From positions 103,852,001 through 103,916,000 of the forward strand of contig NC_086108.1 in the NCBI RefSeq assembly GCF_963921235.1: a stretch of 64,000 nt of DNA, given 5' to 3'. Within the stretch, counting starts at the first letter, position 1. Each line of letters starts with the position of its first letter. The notes under the pieces were generated by a model. That model made no database searches and was not told the DNA's origin. It saw only the letters and a program-made list of their open reading frames with translations. A program made the translations under genes and the position numbers. Origin of the DNA: Mobula hypostoma (taxonomy: Eukaryota). Below, one piece after another: positions 39,534-52,351 of the stretch.

Positions 39534-40260
39534 TGGGGGAAGGGGCAGATGCCCTATAAAGAAGGTGGGGGTAGGGTGGGAAGGAGAAGGCTGGTAGGTT
39601 CCAGGTGAGTAACCAGTAAGGGGAAAGATAAAGGGGTGGGGGAGGGGAGGTGATAGGCAGGAAAGGTGAAGAAAGAATAGGGGAAAACACAATGGGTAGT
39701 AGAACCAAGAGGGAGGTGGTAGGCAGCTGGGGGAGGGGGCAGAGAGACATAGGGATAGGGGAAGGGAGGGGGAGGGACCTTCCAGAAGTTGGAGAATTCT
39801 ATGTTCATACCAAGGGGCTGGAGACTACCTAGACAGTATTTGAGGTGTTGCTCCTCCAACATGAGTTTAGCCTCATCATGGCGGTAGAGGAGGCCATGTA
39901 TGGACATATCTGAATGGGAATGGGAAGCAGAGTTGAAGTGGGTGGCTACTGGCACCCACTAAGGTAGCCTCCAGCCCCTTGGTATGATCATAGAATTCTC
40001 CAACTTCCGGTAATTCCCTCCCCTTCCCCTATCCCTATGTCACTCTGCCCCCTCCCCCAGCTCCCTACCACCTCCCTCTTGGTTCCGCCTCCTACATTGT
40101 GTTTTCCCCTATTCTTTCTTCACCTTTCCTGCCTATCACCTCCCTGCCTCCCCTCCCCCACCCCTTTATCTTTCCCCTTACTGGTTTTTCACCTGGAACC
40201 TCCCAGCCTTCTCCTTCCCACCCTCCCCCACCTTTATAGGGCCTCTGCCCCTCCACCCTA

Positions 40261-40298
40261 CAGTCCTGACGAAGGGTTCCGGCCCGAAACGTCGACCG
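40261..40298 (+). ncRNA. Minimal type-I hammerhead ribozyme motif (Penelope)
   Basis: CAGUC-CUGACGA-AGGGUUCCGGCCC-GAAAC-GUC-GACCG; one mismatch in helix I. Confidence 0.75.
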
Positions 40299-40574
40299 AT
40301 CTTTTTCCACGGATGCTGCCCGACCTGCTGAGTTCCTCCAGCGTGTTGTGAGTGTGGAAAAGACTGTTACTGTCCACCTTGTATACGTGGAATCTTTGTG
40401 TTTAAACTGACTGGTATTTGCAGAACAATAATGACCATATTTGGAAACAATCTACTCAAAGTTTCAAACTGTTTCAAAGTGCATTTATTATCAAAGAATG
40501 TATAAATTATACAATCTTGAGATTTGTCTGCTTACAGGCTGCTATTGACCAGATCTGGGCATTCTTAGGATGTG

Positions 40575-41710
40575 ATTATTTCTCCTTCTGGTTTAAAAAA
40601 AAATTCCCTTCCCCTCTCCTCCTCTTCTTTTCCCCACTCTGGCCTCTTGCCTCTTCTCAGCTGCCTATCACCTGGTACCCCACCTTCTTCCCTTTCTCCC
40701 ACGGTCCACTTTCCCCTTCCTCTCCAGGCCTTTACCTTTCCCACCCACCTGACCTCAGCTATCACCTTTTAGCTTGTCCTCCTTCCACTCCCCCAAACCT
40801 TTTTATTCTTTGTCTTCCCCCTTCGTTTCCAGCCCCGAAGAAGGGTCCCGGCCCAAAACGTCGACTGTTTATTCACTTCCATAGCTGCTGCCTGATCTCC
40901 TGAGGTCCTCCAGCATTTTGTGGATGTTGCTATTGAAATGCAAACTTTGTCTATTCTAGCTTTTTATTGTTTGCTGATTTAGAGACTCTACCATCCACAA
41001 ACACTACCTCACTCTTCCTCTTTGTCTCGATTTATTGGAATTTATGGTGATTTTTAGGGTCTCTGCCAGAAGCATCGAATTTACATCGAACAGTACAGCA
41101 CAGGAACAGGCCCTTCAGCCTACTGTGGTGTGTTGATCCAATTAAATTAATAATCAGATGGGCCACCTAACTAATCCCCTCCGCCTACACAATGTTAGTA
41201 TCCCTTCATTTCCCTCACATTTATCTAAACATCTCTTACAAGTCTCCAATGTACCTTTACTACCAACTCGGCCAGCACATCTCGGGCACCCACCGTGCTC
41301 TTTATTTTCTCCTCTAGATGCTGCCTGACCTGCTGCGTTCCACCAGCGTTTTGTGTGTGTTGCTCTGGACTTCCAGCATCTGAAGAATCTCTTGTGTTAG
41401 TGACTTTTATGTCTTGGACTGTACCGCAAACACAAAACAACAGATTTCATAACATACCTTAGTGATAATATGGTCTACTCTACTCTCCTCTCCTATCAGA
41501 TTCTTTCTTCTCCAGACTTTTACTCTTCCTACCCACCTGGCTTCACCTATCACCTTCCAGCTAGCCTCCTTCCCCTACACCCCACCTTTTTATTTTGGCA
41601 TCTTCCTCCTGCTCCCCAGCCCTGATGAACGGTCTTGGCCCAAAATGTCAACTGCTTATTCATTTCCATAGATGCTGCCTGACTTGCTGAGTTCCTCCAG
41701 CATTAAGTGT
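40575..41710 (+). mobile_element. Cluster of older Penelope 3' ends
   Basis: Three fragments (~40575-40930, ~41310-41400, ~41475-41710), decayed hammerheads at ~40830-40867 and ~41617-41654. Confidence 0.75.
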
Positions 41711-42083
41711 GTCTTGCTTAGTGATCATAATCCTGATTCTGACACTGACTCACCCACAGCTTACAAGTAGGATATGGCAACAATTAGAGAGCTCCAGCAC
41801 CCTATATCATTGGACTACATGTAATCTGTTTTATTGCAAATGTTTTTTTTTGTCAAGCTTTCTGCAGTTTGAAAGTAACAGACTGTGTGATATGCAATGT
41901 GCATGTCACATAGCATAGCATGTGTGTAGTATGCGTTGGATGGTCTTTTGAAAGTAACACAGAGTAATGGTATACGTGCTCTACATGTTATTGTGTATTG
42001 TACAAGAGCATGATTGTTACATTAATATTCATATAGCATGTATGGTATAATCATTGTATGTGTGTGTGAAATAGTATTATATA

Positions 42084-44263
42084 GACTCGGTGGCCACTTT
42101 ATTAGGAACTGATTAATGCAAATATCTAATCAGTCAATCATCTGGCTGCAACTCAGTGCATAAAAGCATGCAGGCATGGTCAAGAGGTTCAGTTGTTCAG
42201 ACTGAACAGAATGGGGAAGAAATATGATCCAAGTGACTTTGACCATGGAATGATTGTTGGTGCGAGATGGGGTGGTTTCAATACCTCAGACACTGATGAT
42301 CTCCTGGGATTTTCATGCACAATGGTCTCTTGAGTTTACAGACAATGGTGTGAGAAACAAAAAAAAAATGTTGGTGAAAACGCTTTGATAATGAGAGAAG
42401 TCTGGTGACCAAGAAAGATGCAAGAGGTCCAGTTACAATCTCCAGAAAGCCACCTCACAGATGAAGTGGCAATTCCAGACTAAACTTGTATCAATGAAGG
42501 ATGCTCAACAGTTTTGGCAGGGCTTGAATGCTATCACCTCTTATAAAGTTATATCGAGGAAAACAGGCGACGAAAGAGCTTTGCTTCCAGATGAGCTCAA
42601 TGCCTTCTACACTTGCACTGACCATCAAAACATGGAGGAACCATCACAAACTTCCACAGCCCCTGATGATCCAGTGATTTCAGTCTCTGAGGTGCAAGCA
42701 GCTTTCAGGAGGGCAAACCCACAGAAAGCATCCAGCCCAGCTAGGGTACCTTGCCAAGTACGAGAAAACCTGTCCACAGCTGATGCCATCTGATTGACTC
42801 CTCATTCAATCCTGGAACATCTGCACAGCAAAGATGCATACATCAGGGTGCTCGGCGTTCAATACCATCACTCCTCAAATCTAATCAATAAGCTTCAAGA
42901 CTTTGGCCTCAATACCTCCTTGTGCAATTGGATCCTCGATTTCCTCACTTGCAGACCCCTGTGGATTTGGATTGGCAACAATGTCTCCTCCATAGTCTCC
43001 ATCTGAATAGATGCAGCACAAAACTGTGTGCTTAGTCCCCCACTCTACTCACTTTACATTTATGGCTGTGTGACTAAGCACAGCTCCAATGCCATCTTCA
43101 AGTTTGCTGATGACACCACTGTCAATGGCTGAATCAAAGGTGGTTACGAATCAGCATATGAGAGGGGTATTGAAAATCTAGCTGACTGGTACCATGACGA
43201 CAACCCCTTACTCAATGTCGGCAAGACCAAAGAGCTGATTATTGACTTTAGGAGAAGGAAACCAGAGGTCAATGAGCCAATCCTCATCAGGGGTCAGAGA
43301 TGGAGAGGATCGGCAACTTTAAATTCCTCAGCGTTGTTACTTCTGAGGACCTGTCCTGGGCCCAGACTGTAAGGTCAATTAAGAAGGTGGTGTGGTAGCA
43401 CCTCTACTTCCTTAGGAGTTTGCAAAGATTTGGCATCTAAAATTTGACAGACTTCTACAGATGTGCAGTGGTATTGACTGGCTGCATCACTGCCTGGTCT
43501 GGAAACACCAGTGCCCTTGAATAGAAAATCCTACAAACAGTAGTAGATACAACCCAGTCCATCTTGGGTAAAGCACTCCCCAAAATTGAGCACATCTACA
43601 TGAAGCTTTGTTGCAGGAAAGTGGTATCCACCTCAGGGATATGTTGTCTTCTCACTGCAGCTATCAGGAAGAAGGTACAAGAGCCTCAGGACCTACACCA
43701 CCAGAATCAGGAACAGTTCCCACCCTCAATCATCAGACTCTTGAAGCAAAGAAGATAACTTCACTCACTTCAGTTGCTCCATCTTTGAAATGTTCCCACA
43801 ACCAATGGATTCACATTCAAGGACTTGTCATCTCATGCTCTTTATTGCTTACTTACTTATTATTATTATTTCTTTCTTTTTGTATTTGTGCAGTTTGTTG
43901 TCTTTTGCACACTGGTTGAATGCCCAAGTTGGTGCGGTCTTCCACTGATTCTATTATGCTTCTATTATTCTATTATGGATTTATTGAGTATGCCCGCAAG
44001 AAAATGAACCTCGGGGTTGTATATGTTAACATGTATGTACTTTGATCATAAATTTACTTTGAGCTTTGAAGTCAGAGGAGAAAGGCCAGGGTGCTTCCAG
44101 CTGACAGGAAGGTGACAGTAACTCACATGACCACACGTTACGTGACGTGCAGAAGACCATCTCTGAAAACACATGTTGAACCTTGAAGTGAATGGGCTTG
44201 AGCAGCATCTCAGTGGCCACTTTGTTAGATACAGGAGGTACCTATCAAAGTGGCTACTGAGTG
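42084..44263 (+). mobile_element. Second Tc1 deletion derivative interrupted by Rex1
   Basis: Same TIRs and internal sequence as 5102-7183; TA flanks. Confidence 0.87.
42403..44067 (+). mobile_element. Rex1/Babar LINE, degenerate
   Basis: LPDELNAFY, LCNWILDFLTCRP, aagtttgctgatgac (KFADD); gaagtc duplicated at 42397-42402 / 44068-44073. Confidence 0.9.
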
Positions 44264-44749
44264 TATTGTGCCTGGGGTGGTAATTTTGTAGTACATAAAA
44301 ATAACTAGTATGAAAAGTTTACTATTTTAACTTGCATTTGTGACATTATTGTATCTTGTGTATAATGTTTGGATGTGTTGTCCAACAGCATTCTCCTTTT
44401 TCTTAAGTCCGTCACCCCTACTGGGGCACAGGCCACTGACAGCAGTTTGCCAGAATCCTCTGGCCTGGGTCAGTCCTTCATATTGTCCCCAGGTGTAGCC
44501 CACCTTCTAGATCTTTCCTCTCCCAGGGATGACTTTGGAGCTCCTGTTGGCATTTCAGCAGCTCTGGGTTTTTACAGGATGAGGTTGCGACGTTGCTGTC
44601 AGCTATGAAACTATGATCTAGCAAAAGGGACTTAATAACAAACACTCCGACATTAGCAAAGTTTAAGAACATGCACATCTATTGCATGTCAGTTCTGAAC
44701 GCCTTCTGCAGCTATGAATTATTCTTGAAGTGTCATGATGTAGAAATAT

Positions 44750-45235
44750 TCCTCATTTTGGGAAGGATGTGCAAGCTTTAGAAGGATGCAGAAGAGATTT
44801 ACCAGGATGATGCCTGGGTTAGAGAAGTTTTCTTTTGAGGATAGGTGAATGAGCTAGGGCTTTTCTCTTTGGAGCGAAGGAGGATGAGAAGTGGCTTGAC
44901 AGAGGTGTACAAAATAAGAGGCATTGATAGAGTGAACAGCCAGTGACTTCTCCCCAAGGCAGAAATGGCTAAAGCAAGCGGGCATAATTTTAAGGTGTCT
45001 GGAGGAACGTATTGAGGGAGCAGTGAGGGAGGTGTTTGTAAAGAGTGGTGGGTGTGTGGAACGTGCTGCCAGGGGTGGTGGTTGGGGCGGATACATTAGG
45101 AACTTTTAGGGGACTCTTTAATAGGAACATGGATGGACAAAAAAAAGGTCAATATGGGAGGGAAGAGTTATATTGATCGAGTAGGTAATGGTCAGCACAT
45201 CATCTTGGGCAGAAGGGCTGGTACTGTTCTATATT
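44750..45235 (+). mobile_element. CR1 3' fragment, degenerate
   Basis: gagatttaccaggatg...ttctctttggagcgaaggagg, CR1 C-terminal DNA. Confidence 0.75.
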
Positions 45236-46131
45236 CTACGTTTAATAATACATGCGCAGCAAGTTTCCACACATCAGCCCCTGCGAAATTGAGGGATCGG
45301 TACTGGATTGGAGAGTGTGAATAATTCATGTGTTTTTCAAAATGCGGCTGTGGGATTTCATTTTGACCGACTGAGAGAGCAACAAGGGGTAATGTCCCAT
45401 CTGAAGTGCAGTCCCTCTGATGAGAAAGTTGCCCTTTGCCTTCTCTGATTCCGATGGATGCCAAGGCTCTACCAACAGGAGCTGTGGGTGAAGGCATCTC
45501 AGATCTCGGGTGGAAAAAACACACTCAACATGTTAGGAACAACTCGTTGCCCCTCTGCCATCAGGTCTCTGAATGGGCAATGCAGCCATGATCACTACTT
45601 CACTACTTTTCTGCTCTCTTTTTGCACTATTTAATTATTTTTAAATATTTTTACTATAATGGTACAGTATATTTTATGTAATACACTGTACTGCTGCTTC
45701 AAAATAACAAATTTCATGGCACATGTCAATGCTATTAAACCTGATTCTGAATCAGGGAAGGAAATGAGCTCCATCCGCCATTGTCTGTCTTGCTCCACAT
45801 TCGAATATTTCTCTGCCACCATCCATTTCCCCACTATCCAAGCCATGCTCTCGCCTCACGGCTGCTTGCGTCCCTCACCACTAGCTTCAGGAACAGCTAC
45901 TACCCCTCAACCATTAGACTCCTGAACCAGCGTGGGTAACTTCACTCACCTCAACTCAGAACTGACTCCACTACCAAAGGACACACTTTCAATGACTCTA
46001 CAACTCGTGCTCTCAGAATTATTTATTATTTCGCAAACCCGAGGAATTCTGCAGATGCTGGAAATTCAAGCAACACACATCAAAGTTGCTGGTGAACGCA
46101 GCAGGCCAGGCAGCATCTCTAGGAAGAGGTA

Positions 46132-46169
46132 CAGTCGACATTTCGGGCCGAGACCCTTCGTCAGGACTA
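46132..46169 (-). ncRNA. Minimal hammerhead ribozyme motif
   Basis: UAGUC-CUGACGA-AGGGUCUCGGCCC-GAAAU-GUC-GACUG (CpG decay in helix III). Confidence 0.65.
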
Positions 46170-46360
46170 ATTGAAAGAAGAGATAGTAAGAGATTTGAGA
46201 GGGGGAGGGGGAGATCCGAAATGATAGGAGAAGACAGGAGGGGGAGGGATGGAGCCAAGAGCTGGACAGGTGATTGGCAAAAGGGATACGAGAGGATCAT
46301 GGGACAGGAGGCCCAGGGAGAAGGAAAAGGGGGAGGGTGGGGAAAAACCCAGAGGATGGG

Positions 46361-46588
46361 TGTGGTAAACCATGTATATGTTGTAACTGGGTTAACTGTC
46401 TGGACACGCCCCTCTGCTGACTGCCCCTGTGGCTCCTCCCACAGACCCCTGAATAAAGGTGATTTTGCCTTGCCCCTCCCCCTCAGTCCAGGGGCAGACA
46501 CTCAGCATGGAGGTCGTATTGTACAGCGAATAAAAGCCTTTCAGTATTTACCCTACTTCAGTCTTTTGGAGTTATTGAAGGAGTTTCA
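46361..46588 (+). mobile_element. Solo LTR (228 bp)
   Basis: TG...CA termini, two AATAAA, 5-bp TSD ATGGG (46356-46360 / 46589-46593); the opposite Penelope arm shows the empty site. Confidence 0.9.
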
Positions 46589-47310
46589 ATGGGCAAGGGG
46601 TAAAGTGAGAGGGACAGAGGGAGAAAAAGGAGAGAGAGAGAAAGAATATGTGTGTATATAAATAAAGGATGGAGTACGAGGGGGAGGTGGGGCATTCGCG
46701 GAAGTTTGAGAAGTCAATGTTCATGCCACCAGGTTGGAGGCTACCCAGACGGAATATAAGGTGTTGTTCCTCCAACCTGAGTGTGGCTTCATCTTTACAG
46801 TAGAGGAGGCCGTGGATAGACATATCAGAATGGGAATCCCAGTGACCACCTATTTTAATTCCACATCCCATTCCCATTCTGATATGTCTATCCACGGCCT
46901 CCTCTACTGTAAAGATGAAGCCACACTCAGGTTGGAGGAACAACACCTTATATTCCGTCTGGGTAGCCTCCAACCTGGTGCCATGAACATTGACTTCTCT
47001 AACTTCCGCTAATGCCCCATCTCCCCCTCGTACCCCATCCGTTATTTATTTATATACACACATTCTTTCTCTCACTCTCCTTTTTCTCCCTCTGTCCCTC
47101 TCACTATACCCCTTGCCCATCCTCTGGGTTTTTCCCCCCTCCCCCTTTTATTTCTCCCTGGGCCTCCTGTCTCATGATCCTCTCATATCCCCTTTGCCAA
47201 TCACCTGTCCAGCTCTTGGCTCCATCCCTCCCCCTCCTGTCTTCTCCTATCATTTTGGATCTCCCCCTCCCCCTCCCACTTTCAAATCTCTTACTAGCTC
47301 TTCCTTCAGT

Positions 47311-47348
47311 TAGTCCTGACGAAGGGTCTCGGCCTGAAACGTCGACTG
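47311..47348 (+). ncRNA. Minimal type-I hammerhead ribozyme motif
   Basis: UAGUC-CUGACGA-AGGGUCUCGGCCU-GAAAC-GUC-GACUG. Confidence 0.78.
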
Positions 47349-48884
47349 CACCTCTTCCTAGAGATGCTGCCTGGCCTGCTGCATTCACCAGCAACTTTGA
47401 TGTGCGTTGCTATTATTTATTACTTGTTTTATTTTGCATTTGTACAGTCTGCCTTTTGAACATGAGCTGCATGTCTGTCTTTGCTTTGTGTGTGGCTTTC
47501 ATTCAAGTTTGTTGTCATCTGGCTGTACATAAACAGCCTAACGAATGACATTTCTCTGGACCACAGAGTACCCACAATGCGTATATCACACACAACACAT
47601 AAAGCAAAATATTACCACAAATAAGTTAATAAACTATAATTCAAAGTGCATGTAGTGTGCACTACCAGTAAACAGTAAACGGCTTGCTGTCCTAATGGTG
47701 AGATCTCGGTGGTGGCAGGGTATTCATTAGTCTCACAGCCTGAGAGAGGAAGCTGTTACCCATTCTAGCAGTATTGATTAACTCTTCTGTACTTCTTTGT
47801 ATCTTCTGTGAATGCCCGCAAGAAAATGAACCTCACAGTAGTATATGGTAACATGTACGTATGTTGATAATATCTTTACTTTGGATTTGAACATCCTGTG
47901 ATTTTTTTTCTGCACAAGCATCTCTTCTGCCCTCTACTGTCACTTGTATACTTGGTTAGAGGCCGTGCAGCGGAGAGGGGAACTTGACAAGTCTCAGACC
48001 CAGCACTTTCAGGACAAGGGGAGAAAGTTGGAGAAAACATACTCTTACATCTCAGCAGGTTGAAAGATTGTGAAATGGTTCCAAATGCCTTTGTCTAACA
48101 GAGTTGGAACTAAGAACACTGTGAATCAAATGCTGTTTAAAATGCAGCCTCCAGTCTGGACTCAGCCTGTGATCAGTTCGAGGTCTAACATTCCTCAGTG
48201 TTGTGTTGCAAAGGAATCTGAATTGCCTTCTGGACACGAGCTTATCCTGGCTACGTCAATACAACACATTCCAGAGTTCCAGGCATCTGGTGGATATGTG
48301 AAACGGGATGAAACGAGAGAGGGAGAGGGAGAAAGAAAATAAAGCAGGAAAACCAAGCAAGAGAAATAGAACTTTGGTTGGGCTCCCATATCAAATGTAA
48401 AGGCCAAAGACTTGACGTGGAGAAACCTCCTCCTTGTTATGTCCATTAGTTATTGCTTTACTTTAAATGGCTTTCCTCCCAATAAGTCTGATGTGGGTGT
48501 TAAACATAGTATTCAGAGCTCAGTCTACGATTATCATAGGCACCCGGCATGGCTACAGCCTGTCCTGTCTAAGCCAATCTCTGGCCTTTTCCCACTGGCT
48601 TTACACATTTTTCTCCACCACGTATTGGAACCAAAGTTATTATTGTCACATGTACTGAGGTACAGTGGAAGAGCTTGTTTTGCATATTGTTCTACAGATC
48701 AAATCATTAGGCAGTGTATTAAGCTAAAACAATAGCAGTACAGAATAAAGTGTAACAGCTGCGGAGAAAGTGCAGTGCAGGTGAAGAGTAGGATGTAAGA
48801 TCATAATGAGTAGGTTGTGAGGTCAAACGTCCATCTTTTCATACCAGGGAATTATTCAATAGTCTTATAACAGTGTTGGTAACA

Positions 48885-51465
48885 GGAGATGGGATGTTAT
48901 GTTGAAGTTGTATGACACATTGGTGAGGGCTAATTTGGAGTATTGTCTGCAGTTCTGATCGCCCACCTACAGGAAAGATATAAACAAGGTTGAAAGAGTT
49001 ACAGAGAAAATTTACAAGGATGTTGCCACATCTGGAGCACCTGAGTTATAAGGAAAGGATGAATAGGTTAGCAGTTTATTCCTTGGAACGTAGAAGATTG
49101 AGAGGAGATTTGACAGAGGTATACAAAATTGAGGCACATAAATTGGATAAATACAAGGAGGCCTTTTCCACTGAGGCTGAGTGGGACTACAACCAGAGAT
49201 CATGGGTTAAGGGTGAAAGGTGAAAAACTGAAGGGGGACATGAGGGGAAACATAGAAGCATAGAAACATAGAAAATAGGTGCAGGAGTAGGCCATTCGGC
49301 CCTTCGAGCCTGCACCGCCATTTATTATGATCATGGCTGATCATCCAACTCAGAACCCCGCCCCAGCCTTCCCTCCATACACCTTGACCCCCGTAGCCAC
49401 AAGGGCCATATCTAACTCCCTCTTAAATATAGCCAATGAACTGGCCTCAACAGTTTCCTGTGGCAGAGAATTCCACAGATTCACCACTCTCTGTGTGAAG
49501 AAGTTTTTCCTAATCTCGGTCCTAAAAGGCTTCCCCTCTATCCTCAAACTGTGACCCCTCGTTCTGGACTTCCCCAACATCGGGAACAATCTTCCTGCAT
49601 CTAGCCTGTCCAATCCCTTTAGGATCTTATACGTTTCAATCAGATCCCCCCTCAATCTTCTAAATTCCAACGAGTACAAGCCCAATTCATCCAGTCTTTC
49701 TTCATATGAAAGTCCTGCCATCCCAGGAATCAATCTGGTGAACCTTCTTTGTACTCCCTCTATGGCAAAGATGTCTTTCCTCAGATTAGGGGACCAAAAC
49801 TGCACACAATACTCCAGGTGTGGTCTCACCAAGGCCTTGTACAACTGCAGTAGTACCTCCCTGCTCCTGTACTCGAATCCTCTCGCTATAAATGCCAGCA
49901 TACCATTCGCCTTTTTCACCGCCTGCTGTACCTGCATGCCCACTTTCAATGACTGGTGTATAAAGACACCCAGGTCTCATTGCACCTCCCCTTTTCCTAA
50001 TCGGCCACCATTCAGATAATAATCTGTTTTCCTATTTTTGCCACCAAAGTGGATAACTTCACATTTATCCACATTAAATTGCATCTGCCATGAATTTGCC
50101 CACTCACCCAACCTATCCAAGTCACCCTGCATTCTCTTAGCACCCTCCTCACTGCTAACACTGCCACCCAGCTTCGTGTCATCCGCAAACTTGGAGATGC
50201 TGCATTTAATTCCCTCATCCAAGTCATTAATATATATTGTAAACAACTGGGGTCCCAGCACTGAGCCTTGCGGTACCCCACTAGTCACCGCCTGCCATTC
50301 TGAAAAGGTCCCGTTTATTCCCACTCTTTGCTTCCTGTCTGCTAACCAATTCTTCACCCACACCAATACCTTACCCCCAATACTGTGTGCTTTAAGTTTG
50401 CACACTAATCTCCTGTGTGGGACCTTGTCAAAAGCCTTTTGAAAATCCAAATATACCACATCCACTGGTTCTCCCCTATCCACTCTACTAGTTACATCCT
50501 CAAAAAATTCTATGAGATTCGTCAGACATGGTTTTCCTTTCACAAATCCATGCTGACTTTGTCCGATCATTTCACCGCTTTCCAAATGTGCTGTTATCAC
50601 ATCCTTGATAACTGACTCCAGCAGTTTCCCCACCACCGACATTAGGCTAACCGGTCTATAATTCCCTGGTTTCTCTCTCCCTCCTTTTTTAAAAAGTGGG
50701 GTTACATTAGCCACCCTCCAATCCTCAGGAACTAGTCCAGAATCTAACGAGTTTTGAAAAATTATCACTAATGCATCCACTATTTCTTGGGCTACTTCTT
50801 TAAGCACTCTAGGATGCAGACCATCTGGCCCTGGGGATTTATCTGCCTTCAATCCCTTCAATTTACCTAACACCACTTCCCTACTAAGATGTATTTCGCT
50901 CAGTTCCTCCATCTCACTGGACCCTCTGTCCCTTACTATTTCTGGAAGATTATTTATGTCCTCCTTAGTGAAGACAGAACCAAAGTAATTATTCAATTGG
51001 TCTGCCATGTCCTTGCTCCCCATAATCAATTCACCTGTTTCTGTCTGCAGGGGACCTACATTTGTCTTTACCAGTCTTTTCCTTTCTACATATCTATAAA
51101 AGCTTTTACAGTCTGTTTTTATGTTCCCTGCCAGTTTTCTCTCATAATCTTTTTTCCCCTTCCTAATTAAGCCCTTTGTCCTCCTCTGCTGAACTCTGAA
51201 TTTCTCCCAGTCCTCAGGTGAGCCACTTTCTCTGGCTAAACGTCATCACTCTGAGGATTGTGAGAACGTGTAATAAGCTGCCAGCACAAGTGACGCATGC
51301 AAACTCGATTTCAATGTTTAAGAGAAATTTGGATAGGTACATGGATGGTAGGAGTATGGAGGAGTGTGGTCCCAGTGCAGGTCGATGGGACTAGGCAGTT
51401 TAAATAGCTCAGCACAAATGAGATGGGATGAAGGGCCTGTTTCTGTGCCGTACTTTTCTATGACT
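48885..51465 (+). mobile_element. Older CR1 3' fragment split by a young CR1
   Basis: ELQRKFTRMLP...RLRGDLTEVYK continues after 51238. Confidence 0.8.
49247..51237 (-). mobile_element. Young CR1 LINE, 5'-truncated (~2 kb)
   Basis: ORFs 49977-51029 and 49350-49949 are near-identical to the 27.9-29.7 kb RT; one TGA from CGA at 49977-49979. Confidence 0.96.
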
Positions 51466-52351
51466 ATGATTAACAGTAGCATAGAAGATGTCCTTCAGCC
51501 TGGTGGTACATGCTTTCAGGCTTTTGTACCTTGTATCAGATGTGAGAGGGGGGAAGAGAGCATGTCTGGGGTGGGTGAGGTCTTTGGTTATACTAGCTAC
51601 TATACTGAGGCAGCAAGAAGTATAGACAGACTCTACGGAGGGGAGCCTGGTTTCTGTGATGTGCTGAGCTGTGTCCACAACACAGGTTATCCAGTCCCCT
51701 CTTTGCCCTCAATGGAATCTATCTCTGTGATTTCCTGGCAGTGCATTCCAGATTCCAACAACACTGATTTAAAAAAAAATTTATATAAGTTTTCCCTCTT
51801 CTTGATTCTTTTCACTTTTCATTTTATATCTGTGACCCCCTGGTACTGCGTGCAGGCAGATATTAGAGCAACAGAGGTGGTTGTGAGAAGCAGAAGGGTG
51901 GCTATGGGATTGCTTTGAGTCAGTGGACTGGACTGTGACTATGGTTGTCACGGACTTTATCAAAACAGTTGTAGGTGAGTGCGCCCCACAAAATATTTCA
52001 GTCTTCCTCAACCAGAAGCCCTGGATGAACCATGAGGTCAGGAATCTGCTGAGGGTCAGATCAGAGGCATTTAAGTCTGATGACCAAGAAAGTTACAAGA
52101 GATCCAGGTAGGATCTCCAGAAAGCGCTCTCTTGGGTGAAGTAGCAATTCCAGACTAACCTTGAATCAACGAAGGATGCTCGACAATTGTGGCAGGGCTT
52201 GAATGCTATTAGCACTGGTTAAATCACGTGCTAGGTGACAATTGAGCTTCCAGATGAGCTCAATGCCTTCACTTTGACCATCAAAACATAGAGGAACAAT
52301 CGCAAACTCCCACAGTCCCTGATGATCCTGCGATTTCAGTCTTTGAGGCCG

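Larger units (their letters stand above)
39402..40352. mobile_element. Penelope-like element, inverted-pair insertion
   Basis: Minus arm 39402-~39955 (HFNSASHSHSDMSIHGLLY...EEQHLKYCLGSLQPLGMNIEFSNF), plus arm ~39963-40352; 15-bp TSD tgtggaaaagactgt at 39387-39401 / 40353-40367. Confidence 0.93.
46030..47411. mobile_element. Penelope-like element, inverted-pair insertion inside a Rex1 3' UTR
   Basis: Both arms encode SHSDMSIHGLLYCKDEATLRLEEQHLIFRLGSLQP; inversion point ~46838; 11-bp TSD attatttatta at 46018-46028 / 47412-47422. Confidence 0.93.
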
